NCBI GenBank assembly: GCA_965204725.1
Contig: OZ242005.1
Coordinates: forward strand, 3,488,001 to 3,552,000
Direction of reading: 5' to 3'
Source of the DNA: Candidatus Latescibacterota bacterium
GTDB taxonomy: Bacteria > Latescibacterota > UBA2968 > UBA8231
Length of the DNA stretch: 64,000 nt
A program made the translations under genes and the position numbers. Below, one piece after another: positions 46,515 to 55,968 of this stretch; positions within the stretch are counted from its first letter, which is position 1; each line of letters begins with the position of its first letter. The notes below the pieces were generated by a model. The model ran no database searches. It saw only the letters and a list, made by a program, of their open reading frames with translations, and was not told where the DNA came from.

Positions 46515-48749
46515 TCAGCGGCTTTGAGCAAAGCGCCGCAACCGGAGCGCGTTCATCACCACCGACACCGACGAAAAGGCCATCGCTAGGCTCGCCAGCA
46601 TCGGATTGAGCAGCGGGCCGCCGAACAGGTGTAGTGCGCCCGCGGCCACCGGAATGCCCGCGGCATTATAAAAAAATGCCCAGAACAAATTCTGCCTTAT
46701 GGTCCGCACGACCGCTCGGCTCAGTTCAATAGCCCGCGCCACATCCGCCAACCGACTGTGCATCAGCACCACCGGCGCCGACGCGGCCGCCACATCCGTC
46801 CCCGTGGCAAAGGCCATGCCCACATCGGCCGCGGCCAGTGCCGGCGCGTCGTTGATCCCATCGCCGACCATGGCGACGCAACGGCCCTCGGCCTGCAATG
46901 CCTGCACAACCGCCGCCTTGTCTGCGGGCAAGACACCGGCATGTACGGTCTCAATCCCCACTTGACGCGCCACGGCTTCAGCGGCCGGACGCCTGTCGCC
47001 GGTGAGCATCACCACCTCCAAGCCGCATTGACGCAATCGAACCACGTCGTCCTTGCTCTGCGGACGGGGGCGGTCGGCCAAAGACACGCGGCCTATCAGC
47101 GACCCGGCGACCGCGACCCACACGACGGTAGCACCAGCCGCCGGATCGCGATCTTCGTCTATGCGAACTCCCACTCCCGCCATCATGGCGCGATTGCCCA
47201 CCGCCACATCCTCGCCTTCCACCTCGGCCCGCGCCCCCTTGCCCGGGCTCGCCACCACTTCGCTCGCCTTCGGCACGGCCAAGTCCCGCTCGACCGCAGC
47301 CGTCACAATCGCCGCAGCGAGCGGATGCTCCGAGCCGCGCTCCACGGCTGCGGCCAAGCTCAGCACCTCGTCGGCGTGGCCTCCGTTTAAGGGCTCCACT
47401 CCGACTACCTGCGGCCGTCCTTCGGTAATCGTGCCGGTTTTGTCCAGCACCACGGCATCTACTTTGTGCGCCGTTTCCAGTGCTTCTGGGCTTTTGAACA
47501 AGATGCCTAAACGCGCACCTCGGCCCGTGCCGACCATAATGGCGGCCGGCGTGGCCAAGCCCAAGCTGCACGGGCAGGCGATGATCAACACGGCCACAAA
47601 AACCTGCAACGCAAAGCTCAAACCCTCCCCGGCCCACAGCCAACCCACTCCGGCCACCAAGCCCAAGGCCAAGACGACCGGCACAAAATATCCGGCGACG
47701 ACATCGGCTAGGCGGGCAATCGGGGCCTTGCCCGCCTGTGCGGCCTCGACTAAGCGCACCATTTGCATCAGCAGCGCGTCCCCGGCCCCCCGCGTTGCAC
47801 GCACCACGAGCGCACCCGCGCCGTTGAGGCTGCCGCCGGTCACGGCATCGCCCGGGGCCTTGGCCGCCGGCAGCGACTCGCCGGTCAGCAGCGACTCATC
47901 CACCGTAGAATTTCCTGCGATGACTTCGCCGTCGGCTGGGACGCGCTCGCCCGGGCGCACGCGCAGACAGTCTCCCACCGCGATGGCGTCGGCTGCAATT
48001 TCCCGCTCTCCATCGCCTTCGACTAACACCGCCTTGTCGGGCCTGAGTTGCAGCAGTGAGCCTATGGCCTCCTCGGCCCGCAACCGCGAGCGCGCTTCGA
48101 GATAGCGGCCCATCAGCATAAAGGTGACGATCGTGGCAACCGACGGGAAATAGGAGTCAAACGCCGCGACCGTCCCCACGGCCACGGCTCCCAACCCCCA
48201 AGCACTGTAAGCCCAAGCCGCGGCCGTGCCAATGGCGATTAGCGAAAACATGTTGGGGCGGCCTCGCCACAAAGCCTGCCCGCCCTCGGCGTAGATCGAG
48301 CGGCCAACCCACAGCACCGGCAGCACCAACAGCAGGTGCAAAACGCCCACTCGTAGCGGATGCTGTTCCAAAGACAACGCCGCAACCGATCCGCCCATCT
48401 GCTCGGCCATCTCCACCGCAAAGAGCGGCAGCCAAAACGCAGCGGCCCACCGCAAGGCCCCGGCCTGCTCGGCCAGCGCGGCCCGCTTGCGCGCCTGCCG
48501 CCTAGCCGCCCCTTCGGCCTCGGGTGCTTGCGGCCGTGCCGCAAACCCCGCTTTTGCCACGGCCACGGCAATGCTTTCCTCATCTACGGCCGCCGGGTCA
48601 AAGCGCACGGCCATCTGCTCGGTCGCCAAGTTCACGTCGGCCTTTTCGACGCCGGCCAAGCCAGACACCTGCTGCTCGACCTGCCGCACACAGCCCGCGC
48701 AGTGCATGCCCTCAATGGCAAAATGCTGCTCTCTACCGTTTTCCGTCAC
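46515..48749 (-). CDS. copA: Copper-translocating P1B-type ATPase
   Basis: HMA GMHCAGC, TGES, CPC, DKTGT, SEHP, GDGIND, YN and MAFSS Cu(I) ligands; start inferred at GTG 48749. Confidence 0.92.
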   Translation of the reverse strand: MTENGREQHFAIEGMHCAGCVRQVEQQVSGLAGVEKADVNLATEQMAVRFDPAAVDEESIAVAVAKAGFAARPQAPEAEGAARRQARKRAALAEQAGALRWAAAFWLPLFAVEMAEQMGGSVAALSLEQHPLRVGVLHLLLVLPVLWVGRSIYAEGGQALWRGRPNMFSLIAIGTAAAWAYSAWGLGAVAVGTVAAFDSYFPSVATIVTFMLMGRYLEARSRLRAEEAIGSLLQLRPDKAVLVEGDGEREIAADAIAVGDCLRVRPGERVPADGEVIAGNSTVDESLLTGESLPAAKAPGDAVTGGSLNGAGALVVRATRGAGDALLMQMVRLVEAAQAGKAPIARLADVVAGYFVPVVLALGLVAGVGWLWAGEGLSFALQVFVAVLIIACPCSLGLATPAAIMVGTGRGARLGILFKSPEALETAHKVDAVVLDKTGTITEGRPQVVGVEPLNGGHADEVLSLAAAVERGSEHPLAAAIVTAAVERDLAVPKASEVVASPGKGARAEVEGEDVAVGNRAMMAGVGVRIDEDRDPAAGATVVWVAVAGSLIGRVSLADRPRPQSKDDVVRLRQCGLEVVMLTGDRRPAAEAVARQVGIETVHAGVLPADKAAVVQALQAEGRCVAMVGDGINDAPALAAADVGMAFATGTDVAAASAPVVLMHSRLADVARAIELSRAVVRTIRQNLFWAFFYNAAGIPVAAGALHLFGGPLLNPMLASLAMAFSSVSVVMNALRLRRFAQSR

Positions 48750-48765
48750 GTTCCAACCTCGCAAC

Positions 48766-49254
48766 TCAGTCGAGCGCGTCCAGCCGTTGCTTGATCCGCG
48801 CCCAAGTTGTTTCCTCAACCGCCGTATCATGCGGCGGCAGCGGCGGGGTACTCTCGGGATCGCCGGGATTGAACACCTTTCCCGCCGTAGAATCACCATC
48901 GTCGCCAGCCCCATCCTCGTGCGTCCCCTCGGGATTGGGATCGCCCACCACCCAAGTACCGGCTGGATCGCCCAACTCCGCCCCATTGGAGGCGCCGTCG
49001 CCATCGGAGTCCAAGGCCGCTAGCGCTGGATCCCAAATCACTTCACCGGCTGGACCAGCCGCGGTGAGGAAGTTGGTTAGGATCTCCAAGCCAAACGGGT
49101 TGAGCGGCGATCCACCGCCAGCTACGTGGCAGGTGTTGCAGCTAGCCGCAGAGCCGTTGGGAATCTGCCTTACGCGCTTGCTACGCGCAGCCGCCTCCTC
49201 GGCAACCAAGCCACCAACAAAGAGCGCACCTACCAGCAGAACTCGCAAAGTCAT
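48766..49254 (-). CDS. Secreted temptin-like protein with CxxCH and C-terminal TAVEETTWARIK motif
   Basis: Signal peptide; IPNG, CNTCH, GGG..LNPFG, DSDGDGASNGAELGDP. Confidence 0.7.
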   Translation of the reverse strand: MTLRVLLVGALFVGGLVAEEAAARSKRVRQIPNGSAASCNTCHVAGGGSPLNPFGLEILTNFLTAAGPAGEVIWDPALAALDSDGDGASNGAELGDPAGTWVVGDPNPEGTHEDGAGDDGDSTAGKVFNPGDPESTPPLPPHDTAVEETTWARIKQRLDALD

Positions 49255-49425
49255 AGAAAATCTCCTTTTCTCGTCGTTCACCAGAGGTTTCGTTCTTTAG
49301 AACATGACTACGCTTAACCCGATAAGTCAACACAGGCCCTTGCGAGAACGCCCGCCGGTTCGCCCCGCACCGCCAAATCGCGCATATTCTCCTAGCCCTA
49401 GTCCATTCCACAGGAGGCAACGTTC

Positions 49426-51246
49426 ATGTCCACCGCTCAGCGTCTCGACCTAAGCCAAGTGCGGCCGCCGATTGATGTCGATCCAGCGACCTGCGTCTAT
49501 CACCGGCTCGCACCGGCGAGCGAATTTGCCGCCGGCGAGGGCCGGTCCTTTACAGTCGAAGGCATTCACCTCGCGGTGTTTCTCTACGAGGGGGCCTTTC
49601 ACGCCGTTGACAATCGCTGCCCGCACATGGGCTACCCCATGTCCAAAGGCAGCATCCGCGACGGGGTGCTTATATGCCACTGGCACCACTGGGAATTTGA
49701 CCTAAAGACGGGCGGCTGCCTGCTGACTTCGGGCGACGACCTGAAAGCCTTTCCCGTGGAGGTGCGCGACGACGGCTGCGCGTGGGTCGGCATCCCGCCC
49801 GGCGAGCGGGAAGAGGCCCGCCGGCGGCTCGTGGCTCGCGGCAAGCGCATCCTCGAACAAGGGCTTAAGGACCGCAGCTCCTTCCTCATCGCCAAAGCGG
49901 TCGCCGCCCTCCGCCAGACCGGGGCCACCCCGCAGGAAATCATCCAGCAGGGCCTTTACTACGGCGCGCACAAAACCAACGAAGGCTGGTCCTCGGGCGT
50001 CGCCATCCTAACCCTCGCGGCGAACTTGTGGGACGACATTGCCGAGGCCGACCAAAACCTTTTCCTCGTCCACGGCTTGACCCAGATCTCGCGGCGCACC
50101 TCTGGCTCGTCGCGCCGCCAGCGCTTCCCCTTTCCCCGCACCAAGGCCGACCAAAATTTGGCCACCCTCAAGCGCTGGTTTCGCACCTTTGTCGATCAGC
50201 GGCACCACGGCGCGGCCGAGCGCATCTTGCTGACCTTGCACGACCGCGACTGCGGCAAGGAAACCCTCGCGGATTTTGTCTTTACGGCCGCCACGGACTT
50301 CTACTTCACCGGCGACGGGCACGCCCTCGACTTTGCCAACAAAATGTTCGAGGCCCTCGACTCCGTGGACTGGGTCGGTGCCCACGAGATCCTCCGCCCG
50401 ATCGTCGTCGATCTGGTCAGCCGCACCCGCCACGAAGAGACCTCGCGCTGGGCCGACAGCCTGCCGGCCTTAGAAAGCATCTTCTCGCGCCTAGACGCGA
50501 TCTGGGAGGACAACCAGCGCAACGAAGCCACCCTCGACGTCTCCGCCTTCGCCCAAGTCATGCTCGGCGACGATTTTGAACCCATTCTCGCCCGCGTCGA
50601 AGCGGCCCTGCGCGCGGGCGTACCGCCGACCCAGCTCTGCCGCGCCATGACCTACGCCAGCGCGTTGCGCACCCTGCGCTTCCACCTCAAAAACGAGGGC
50701 GATTGGCACGACGTCGCCAACATATATTCCTACGCCCACGCTCTATACGCGGCCTTCCACTACGCCGCCAGCAAGGAGCTGTTGCGCGCCATTTTTCACG
50801 GCGCAGTCTTTCTCACGTACCTGCGCTGGCTCAACATGCCGGCCGCCCGCGTCCCCCAGCTTGGACAAACGCTTGGCGAGGACTTCGCCTCCAGCGAGGC
50901 CATGCTCCAGCGTCTAGGGGAACTGGCTGACTTCCAGAAGGTCTTTGAGGCCGAACTCCTCGTCAGCCAGTACCTCGCAGAAGGACGCGACATCACCCAG
51001 CTCCGGTACGCCTTGGCCCACATCATGCTCCGCGAAGACGCCGAGCTGCACATGTTCCAAGTGCTCGAAGCCGCGTTCCGGCACTACGACTTGAGCAGCG
51101 ATCCAGCGGAAAAGCGCGTCCACCTTTTGGCCGCGACCCGCTACATCACCGCGCAGAAGGTGATGAAGAACATCCTCTGGTCCACCCAAAACGCCGAGCG
51201 GCTCCAGCGCGGCGAGCTCCTCAGCGAGCGCGAAGACGACGATTGA
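49426..51246 (+). CDS. Rieske [2Fe-2S] protein with long helical C-terminal region
   Basis: AGGAGG RBS; NRCPH.G.P...G...C.WH.W.FDL.TG Rieske ligands. Confidence 0.85.
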   Translation: MSTAQRLDLSQVRPPIDVDPATCVYHRLAPASEFAAGEGRSFTVEGIHLAVFLYEGAFHAVDNRCPHMGYPMSKGSIRDGVLICHWHHWEFDLKTGGCLLTSGDDLKAFPVEVRDDGCAWVGIPPGEREEARRRLVARGKRILEQGLKDRSSFLIAKAVAALRQTGATPQEIIQQGLYYGAHKTNEGWSSGVAILTLAANLWDDIAEADQNLFLVHGLTQISRRTSGSSRRQRFPFPRTKADQNLATLKRWFRTFVDQRHHGAAERILLTLHDRDCGKETLADFVFTAATDFYFTGDGHALDFANKMFEALDSVDWVGAHEILRPIVVDLVSRTRHEETSRWADSLPALESIFSRLDAIWEDNQRNEATLDVSAFAQVMLGDDFEPILARVEAALRAGVPPTQLCRAMTYASALRTLRFHLKNEGDWHDVANIYSYAHALYAAFHYAASKELLRAIFHGAVFLTYLRWLNMPAARVPQLGQTLGEDFASSEAMLQRLGELADFQKVFEAELLVSQYLAEGRDITQLRYALAHIMLREDAELHMFQVLEAAFRHYDLSSDPAEKRVHLLAATRYITAQKVMKNILWSTQNAERLQRGELLSEREDDD

Positions 51247-51336
51247 GAAAAGGATCACCGCGCCGAAATCTATTGGAATGAGCTTTAACCATGAAAATCG
51301 GTACTCGCACTGTCGATTTTCATTATATTTCTACGT

Positions 51337-52521
51337 ATGATTCCGCGCCCACAGCCCATTGATCGTTTGCATACGGCCCTGTCCAGAAGCCCGTTGGTAC
51401 TGCTCGCCGGCCCGCGCCAATGCGGCAAAACCACCCTCGCCCGCGAGTTCGTGCGGGAGGATTCGGCCAACTACTTCGATTTGGAGGATCCGGTCAGTCT
51501 CGCTCGGCTCGACCAGCCAATGACCGCGTTAGAGACGCTGCGCGGCCTCGTCGTCATAGACGAAGTGCAGCGGCGACCGGACTTGTTTCCGGTTCTGCGG
51601 GTGCTGGCGGACCGCCGCGACGCACCGGCCCGATTCCTCATCTTGGGGAGCGCGTCCGGCGACTTGTTGCGCCAGTCTTCGGAGAGCCTAGCCGGACGGG
51701 TTGAGCACCTTACCCTCGGCGGCTTTCAGCTAGGCGAGGTGGGCACTGACCAAGCCGGTACTCTGTGGCTGCGCGGCGGTCTGCCGCGGTCGTACCTCGC
51801 AGCCGACGACGCTGCAAGCCACCAATGGCGCAAGGACTTCATTCAGACCCTGCTGGAGCGCGACATGCCCCAATGGGGAGCGCGGACCCCGGCTGTTGCG
51901 CTGCATCGCTTCTGGACCATGCTCGCCCACTATCACGGGCAAACTTGGAACGCGGCCGCGCCGGCCCGCGCCTTGGACGTGAGCGCATCTACAACGCGGC
52001 ACTATCTCGATCTGCTGACCGATGCCTTCATGATTCGCCAATTGCAGCCTTACTACGCGAACATCGCCAAGCGGCAAGTCAAGGCACCCAAAATCTATCT
52101 GCGCGACAGCGGCCTATTGCACCAGTTGCTCGCCATTCGGACGGAGGGCGAACTGATGAATCATCCCAGCCTGGGCGCGTCGTGGGAGGGTTTTGTCATC
52201 GAGCAGTTGCTTGCCTTGCTGCAACCCGAGGAGGCCTTTTTCTGGAGCACTCATCAGGGGGCTGAAATAGACCTCGTGTTGCGCCAGAATGGCCGCTGGT
52301 TAGGCGTCGAATGCAAGCGCACGGACGCGCCGCGCCTGACGCGCTCCATCCACACTGCCCTCGACGATCTAAAGCTCGAACGGGTCATTATCGTGTACCC
52401 CGGCCAAAAGTCATACGCCCTCAACGCGCAGGTCAATGTCGTGCCATTGCGCGTACTCGGCACCGCACAGGATGCGGGCGTCGGCTATGAAGCATTCACA
52501 GGAGTAGAAACGGCGCGGTGA
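51337..52521 (+). CDS. AAA_14 + DUF4143 ATPase
   Basis: GPRQCGKTT, IDEVQ, LGSAS, ESLAGR, RGG.P, K.PKIY.RDSG, EIDLV, ECK. Confidence 0.9.
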   Translation: MIPRPQPIDRLHTALSRSPLVLLAGPRQCGKTTLAREFVREDSANYFDLEDPVSLARLDQPMTALETLRGLVVIDEVQRRPDLFPVLRVLADRRDAPARFLILGSASGDLLRQSSESLAGRVEHLTLGGFQLGEVGTDQAGTLWLRGGLPRSYLAADDAASHQWRKDFIQTLLERDMPQWGARTPAVALHRFWTMLAHYHGQTWNAAAPARALDVSASTTRHYLDLLTDAFMIRQLQPYYANIAKRQVKAPKIYLRDSGLLHQLLAIRTEGELMNHPSLGASWEGFVIEQLLALLQPEEAFFWSTHQGAEIDLVLRQNGRWLGVECKRTDAPRLTRSIHTALDDLKLERVIIVYPGQKSYALNAQVNVVPLRVLGTAQDAGVGYEAFTGVETAR

Positions 52522-52549
52522 TCTTGTCGGTGCGCCACCACCCTTCTCC

Positions 52550-53638
52550 TTACTTTCGCCCTGTAAGTTTGTGCATGATCGCTTCAAGCGGCCCTAGCTT
52601 GTAGCGGGCTAGCCATAGGTGTGAGAACACGACGCCGACTACGGAAAATGCGGTGGCCGCAAACAACGCCCGGGGCAACGTCTGTGCAGTACCCATCCAA
52701 CCCACGGCTTCCAGCACCGACATGCCAAGCACCACGTGAGCCACGTATAGGGTAAGGGAAAGCTGCCCCGTTCTCACGAACGGACGAATCCAAGCGGCGT
52801 CCTCATATCGTTCGCCAAGCGCGACGGAGGCTGCGACGACGGCACTCGCTGTGCCAACTCCTGCGATCATGTAGAGTGGCATCGGAGGCATCGCGCTAGT
52901 TCCGAAGATCGCGACGACAATCTCCCGCTCAGCAGCACCAACTCCTGCTGAGAGCGCATGCACCAAGAACCAACTGATGCCCTCGGCCGCCAGAGCTGCC
53001 CCGAGACCCCAAGCGAAGACGCGCCAGCGGACGGAACGGTCCCCCATATCTCGACGGCCAAGGATCATGCCCACGAACAGGAACGCAAGCCACGGAATTA
53101 CCGGATGGAAACCATTGTAAAACAAATGGCGGACCATGCCCGACGGGGTCCAAAAGCCCGCGTACTCCAGTGTATCCCAATCCCACTCTCGCTCGTAATC
53201 CAATGCGAATAACATCACCGCGAAAGCGATCACGAGCAGAGTGCTATACGTCCAGAGTTGACGGGTGGAAGCAGCCAACGCGAAGGCTGCTACTCCTATG
53301 TAAATTCCGTAGAAATGGAGAATGTCGGCGGGGTAAATCGCGGCATAAAGCATGCCGGCGGCGAAGAGAAACAACGCCCGCCTCAGCAGTGTGTTGCGTT
53401 CCTTCGCCACTTGCTCGCGATCGCCCGAGGCACGACCTCTTTGAGATGCTAGAGAGACCCCTACACCAGCAAGGACCACAAAAGTAGCTGCTGCCCGTCC
53501 GTCAAACATGCCGGCTAGGCGGACGAGCCAGTCCGGGCCGTTCTGCTCGGCCCCCATCACGATCTTGAAATTCACGACGACCATGCCAAAGACGGCAAGC
53601 GCTCTGGCAAAGTCATAGCCAATGATTCGCTTTTTCAC
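52550..53638 (-). CDS. DUF418/DUF1624-type polytopic membrane protein
   Basis: RI.G.D.ARALA.FGM, GRAAATF, DILHFYG, HPVIPW, G.LSLT.YVAH, GPLE. Confidence 0.8.
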   Translation of the reverse strand: MKKRIIGYDFARALAVFGMVVVNFKIVMGAEQNGPDWLVRLAGMFDGRAAATFVVLAGVGVSLASQRGRASGDREQVAKERNTLLRRALFLFAAGMLYAAIYPADILHFYGIYIGVAAFALAASTRQLWTYSTLLVIAFAVMLFALDYEREWDWDTLEYAGFWTPSGMVRHLFYNGFHPVIPWLAFLFVGMILGRRDMGDRSVRWRVFAWGLGAALAAEGISWFLVHALSAGVGAAEREIVVAIFGTSAMPPMPLYMIAGVGTASAVVAASVALGERYEDAAWIRPFVRTGQLSLTLYVAHVVLGMSVLEAVGWMGTAQTLPRALFAATAFSVVGVVFSHLWLARYKLGPLEAIMHKLTGRK

Positions 53639-53716
53639 CTGAGAGACCCCTTGGAGAAAATTTAATCCGTCCTCTGGGCGGTGGAGCAGCGTCCGCAGCC
53701 CCACTGTATATCTACC

Positions 53717-53938
53717 TAAAACGCAGCTTCCACTCCTCAACCGCGCAGTAGAGGACCGGCACAATCGGCGCGGTTAGCACCACCGCAATCATGCCGCCGA
53801 AGGTGGGAATGGCCATCGGCAGCATGAGGTCTGCGCCGCGTCCACTCGCCGTCAGCACGGGGATCAGTGCCAAGATCGTGGTGGCCACGGTCATCAGACA
53901 GGGGCGGATGCGCCGCACCCCAGCAGCGAGCGCGGCGC
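53717..53938 (-). repeat. Displaced duplicate of the cusA 3' end (222 bp), left island boundary
   Basis: Gap-free match to 58059-58280 with 8 substitutions counted by eye; encodes VRRIRPCLMT...EEWKLRF. Confidence 0.95.
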
Positions 53939-53983
53939 ATCGACAGCTTTTGCCGAGGCACTTCTTCAGGCTCTGAACTGCGC

Positions 53984-55546
53984 TTAAACAGTTCGCCTCA
54001 AATGGAACAGATCAGGCGATCGGCGGTCCCGTTCAAAAAGCGTTTGCCAATCCAACGCTAAAAGCAACCCAAACAGCTTCTCTTCTTTTAGCGTCGTCCA
54101 CTCTGTTCCGAACCATATCTCGGCCAATTCCCGTAAGCGAAATGGTCCCTTCGCTCCTCTTGCCATCAGATAGGCATATACCTCAGAGAGCTTGTTAAGA
54201 CGGAGTTGTCTCCCGTCTGCGATGCCCGCTCGCTGAGTATAGGTATATTCGCCGCCATTTTCGGGGAGTTGCACATCCACGGCCGGAGACCTCTCTCGCA
54301 CGGATTTAGCCAACTTCTTCCTCGCGGAGTCATCACCGTGTACGAAAAAGCATGTGCGCGGACGCAGTTTTTCGACCAATTCCGTCAGTTCTCTCTGATC
54401 CGCGTGGGCCGAAAGCGAGTATTGCTTCACGTCACACTCCACACTCACCTCCTGTCCATCAAGATTCAGGACACGCTCATCCTGCAACTTGCGCCCAGGA
54501 GTTCCTTCGGCCTGATAGCCTGTAAAAGCTATCAGGTTCTTCGGATCACCAGCTAAACGCTTGGCGTAATAATTCTTCGATACACCACCGTTCAACATCC
54601 CCGAAGATGCCACGATACAACAGGGAGGTCCTGACAAAATGCGATCGCGATGACCCTTTGAATCAACCCTCTTTACGAAAGCTGAATAAAAAATATCCTC
54701 GCTGCCTTTCGCTTTGCATTGCAAGGAAGGCGAGAGATCGTCAACAAAACGCGAATACACATCATTGACCTTTTGCACCATCCCGTCAACATACACCGGA
54801 ATCTGCTTCTGTTCCATGTGGCCCTTCAAGATCTGAAGGACCTCCTGAGAACGTGCCACGGCAAACGCTGGGATCAACACTTTGCCGCCTGCTTCAACCA
54901 CTTCGACCACATCCCGTACAAGCGCAGCCTCTTCTTGAGCGCGATCTTTATGCAGGCGACCGCCATAAGTCGATTCCATCACCATCACATCGGGGCGACA
55001 CCACTCTGGAATAACCATGCCGGGAATAGTCAACTGATCGGCAACCGATACATCACCCGTCAGCAGAATACTTTCCCGCTTGCCTTGGATGTAGATCATT
55101 GCAGCGCCCAAAATGTGACCGGCACGAATCCACGTAGCTTTCACGCCGTCGCATATCTGTACGGGTTCCATATACCGCACTAATTCCATACGGCTCAAGG
55201 CTTCACGGACATCGTTAGATAGCCTAGGAGACTCGCGTTCTTCCCGTCTCACAGCATCGTCTAACAACACCTGTGTAATATCTTTCGTCGCATGCGTACA
55301 ATACACCTTTTCGGGCAACCTGTTCTCTTTTACAAGCACAGGCAGAGCACCCGTGTGGTCGCTATGAGCGTGGGTCAACAGTAGAGCGTCAGGTTTGTCC
55401 AAAGCACCCAAATCAGGCCGCTTTGAATTTTTCCCAGGTCCCATTCGGATGCCTGCATCTACCAGAATACGGCATCCAGCGATCTCAATTAACGTACAGG
55501 AAGCACCAACCTCGTTGGCACCTCCGAAGAAACGTAGCTTGATCAT
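53984..55546 (-). CDS. beta-CASP metallo-beta-lactamase-fold nuclease with C-terminal extension
   Basis: GGA.EVG.SC, THAHSDH, AGHILG, TGD, MESTYG, P.FAV.RSQE, SSGML.GG, GYQAEGT.G, SAHAD, VHG; AAGGAG RBS. Confidence 0.92.
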   Translation of the reverse strand: MIKLRFFGGANEVGASCTLIEIAGCRILVDAGIRMGPGKNSKRPDLGALDKPDALLLTHAHSDHTGALPVLVKENRLPEKVYCTHATKDITQVLLDDAVRREERESPRLSNDVREALSRMELVRYMEPVQICDGVKATWIRAGHILGAAMIYIQGKRESILLTGDVSVADQLTIPGMVIPEWCRPDVMVMESTYGGRLHKDRAQEEAALVRDVVEVVEAGGKVLIPAFAVARSQEVLQILKGHMEQKQIPVYVDGMVQKVNDVYSRFVDDLSPSLQCKAKGSEDIFYSAFVKRVDSKGHRDRILSGPPCCIVASSGMLNGGVSKNYYAKRLAGDPKNLIAFTGYQAEGTPGRKLQDERVLNLDGQEVSVECDVKQYSLSAHADQRELTELVEKLRPRTCFFVHGDDSARKKLAKSVRERSPAVDVQLPENGGEYTYTQRAGIADGRQLRLNKLSEVYAYLMARGAKGPFRLRELAEIWFGTEWTTLKEEKLFGLLLALDWQTLFERDRRSPDLFHLRRTV

Positions 55547-55700
55547 GACTTCTCCTTTTCACAGTTGATCTCACAGGGACGATTCTATATCGCCCTGCTA
55601 GCATCTTGAAAGGCGCGTCATAGCACGATCCTAAAAGGATCAGAATGCGACTATTGAGCCGCGAAGTGCGACGCATCGAGAAAAAATATGAGGCGAATTG

Positions 55701-55743
55701 GTAGGGGGTGACCGATGAAGGAAATACAGCGGTCACCCCCTAC
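55701..55743. terminator. Perfect 14-bp inverted repeat downstream of the small ORF
   Basis: gtagggggtgaccg-N15-cggtcaccccctac. Confidence 0.6.
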
Positions 55744-55750
55744 TGATCAA

Positions 55751-55921
55751 TCACTTGCCCTTGCCTTTGGGGCTCTGTTGGTCCTGACTTTTACGCGATT
55801 GCCAATCATTGGGTCTCTGATTGTATTTTCGCCCTTGCCAATAAACATCGTTATTGGGATTCAACTGATTGGCGCGATTGTCAGCACCAGCTTTACCGCC
55901 TCCGCTACGGGATTTAGCCAT
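55751..55921 (-). CDS. 56-aa small hydrophilic protein (NRANQLNPNN..YWQ.R motif)
   Basis: AAGGAGGTG RBS; MAKSRSGGGKAGADNRANQLNPNNDVYWQGRKYNQRPNDWQSRKSQDQQSPKGKGK*; below the ORF-track cutoff. Confidence 0.75.
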   Translation of the reverse strand: MAKSRSGGGKAGADNRANQLNPNNDVYWQGRKYNQRPNDWQSRKSQDQQSPKGKGK

Positions 55922-55968
55922 CTGTCATCACCTCCTTTCTCATGGGAATTTATCGCCTCACGGGAACA

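Noticed and set aside
47053-48105. Long antisense or alternative-frame ORFs (also 4247-5200, 17843-18763, 58309-59565 and others)
   Set aside because: Shadow ORFs opposite well-supported genes in GC-rich DNA, without motifs or RBS
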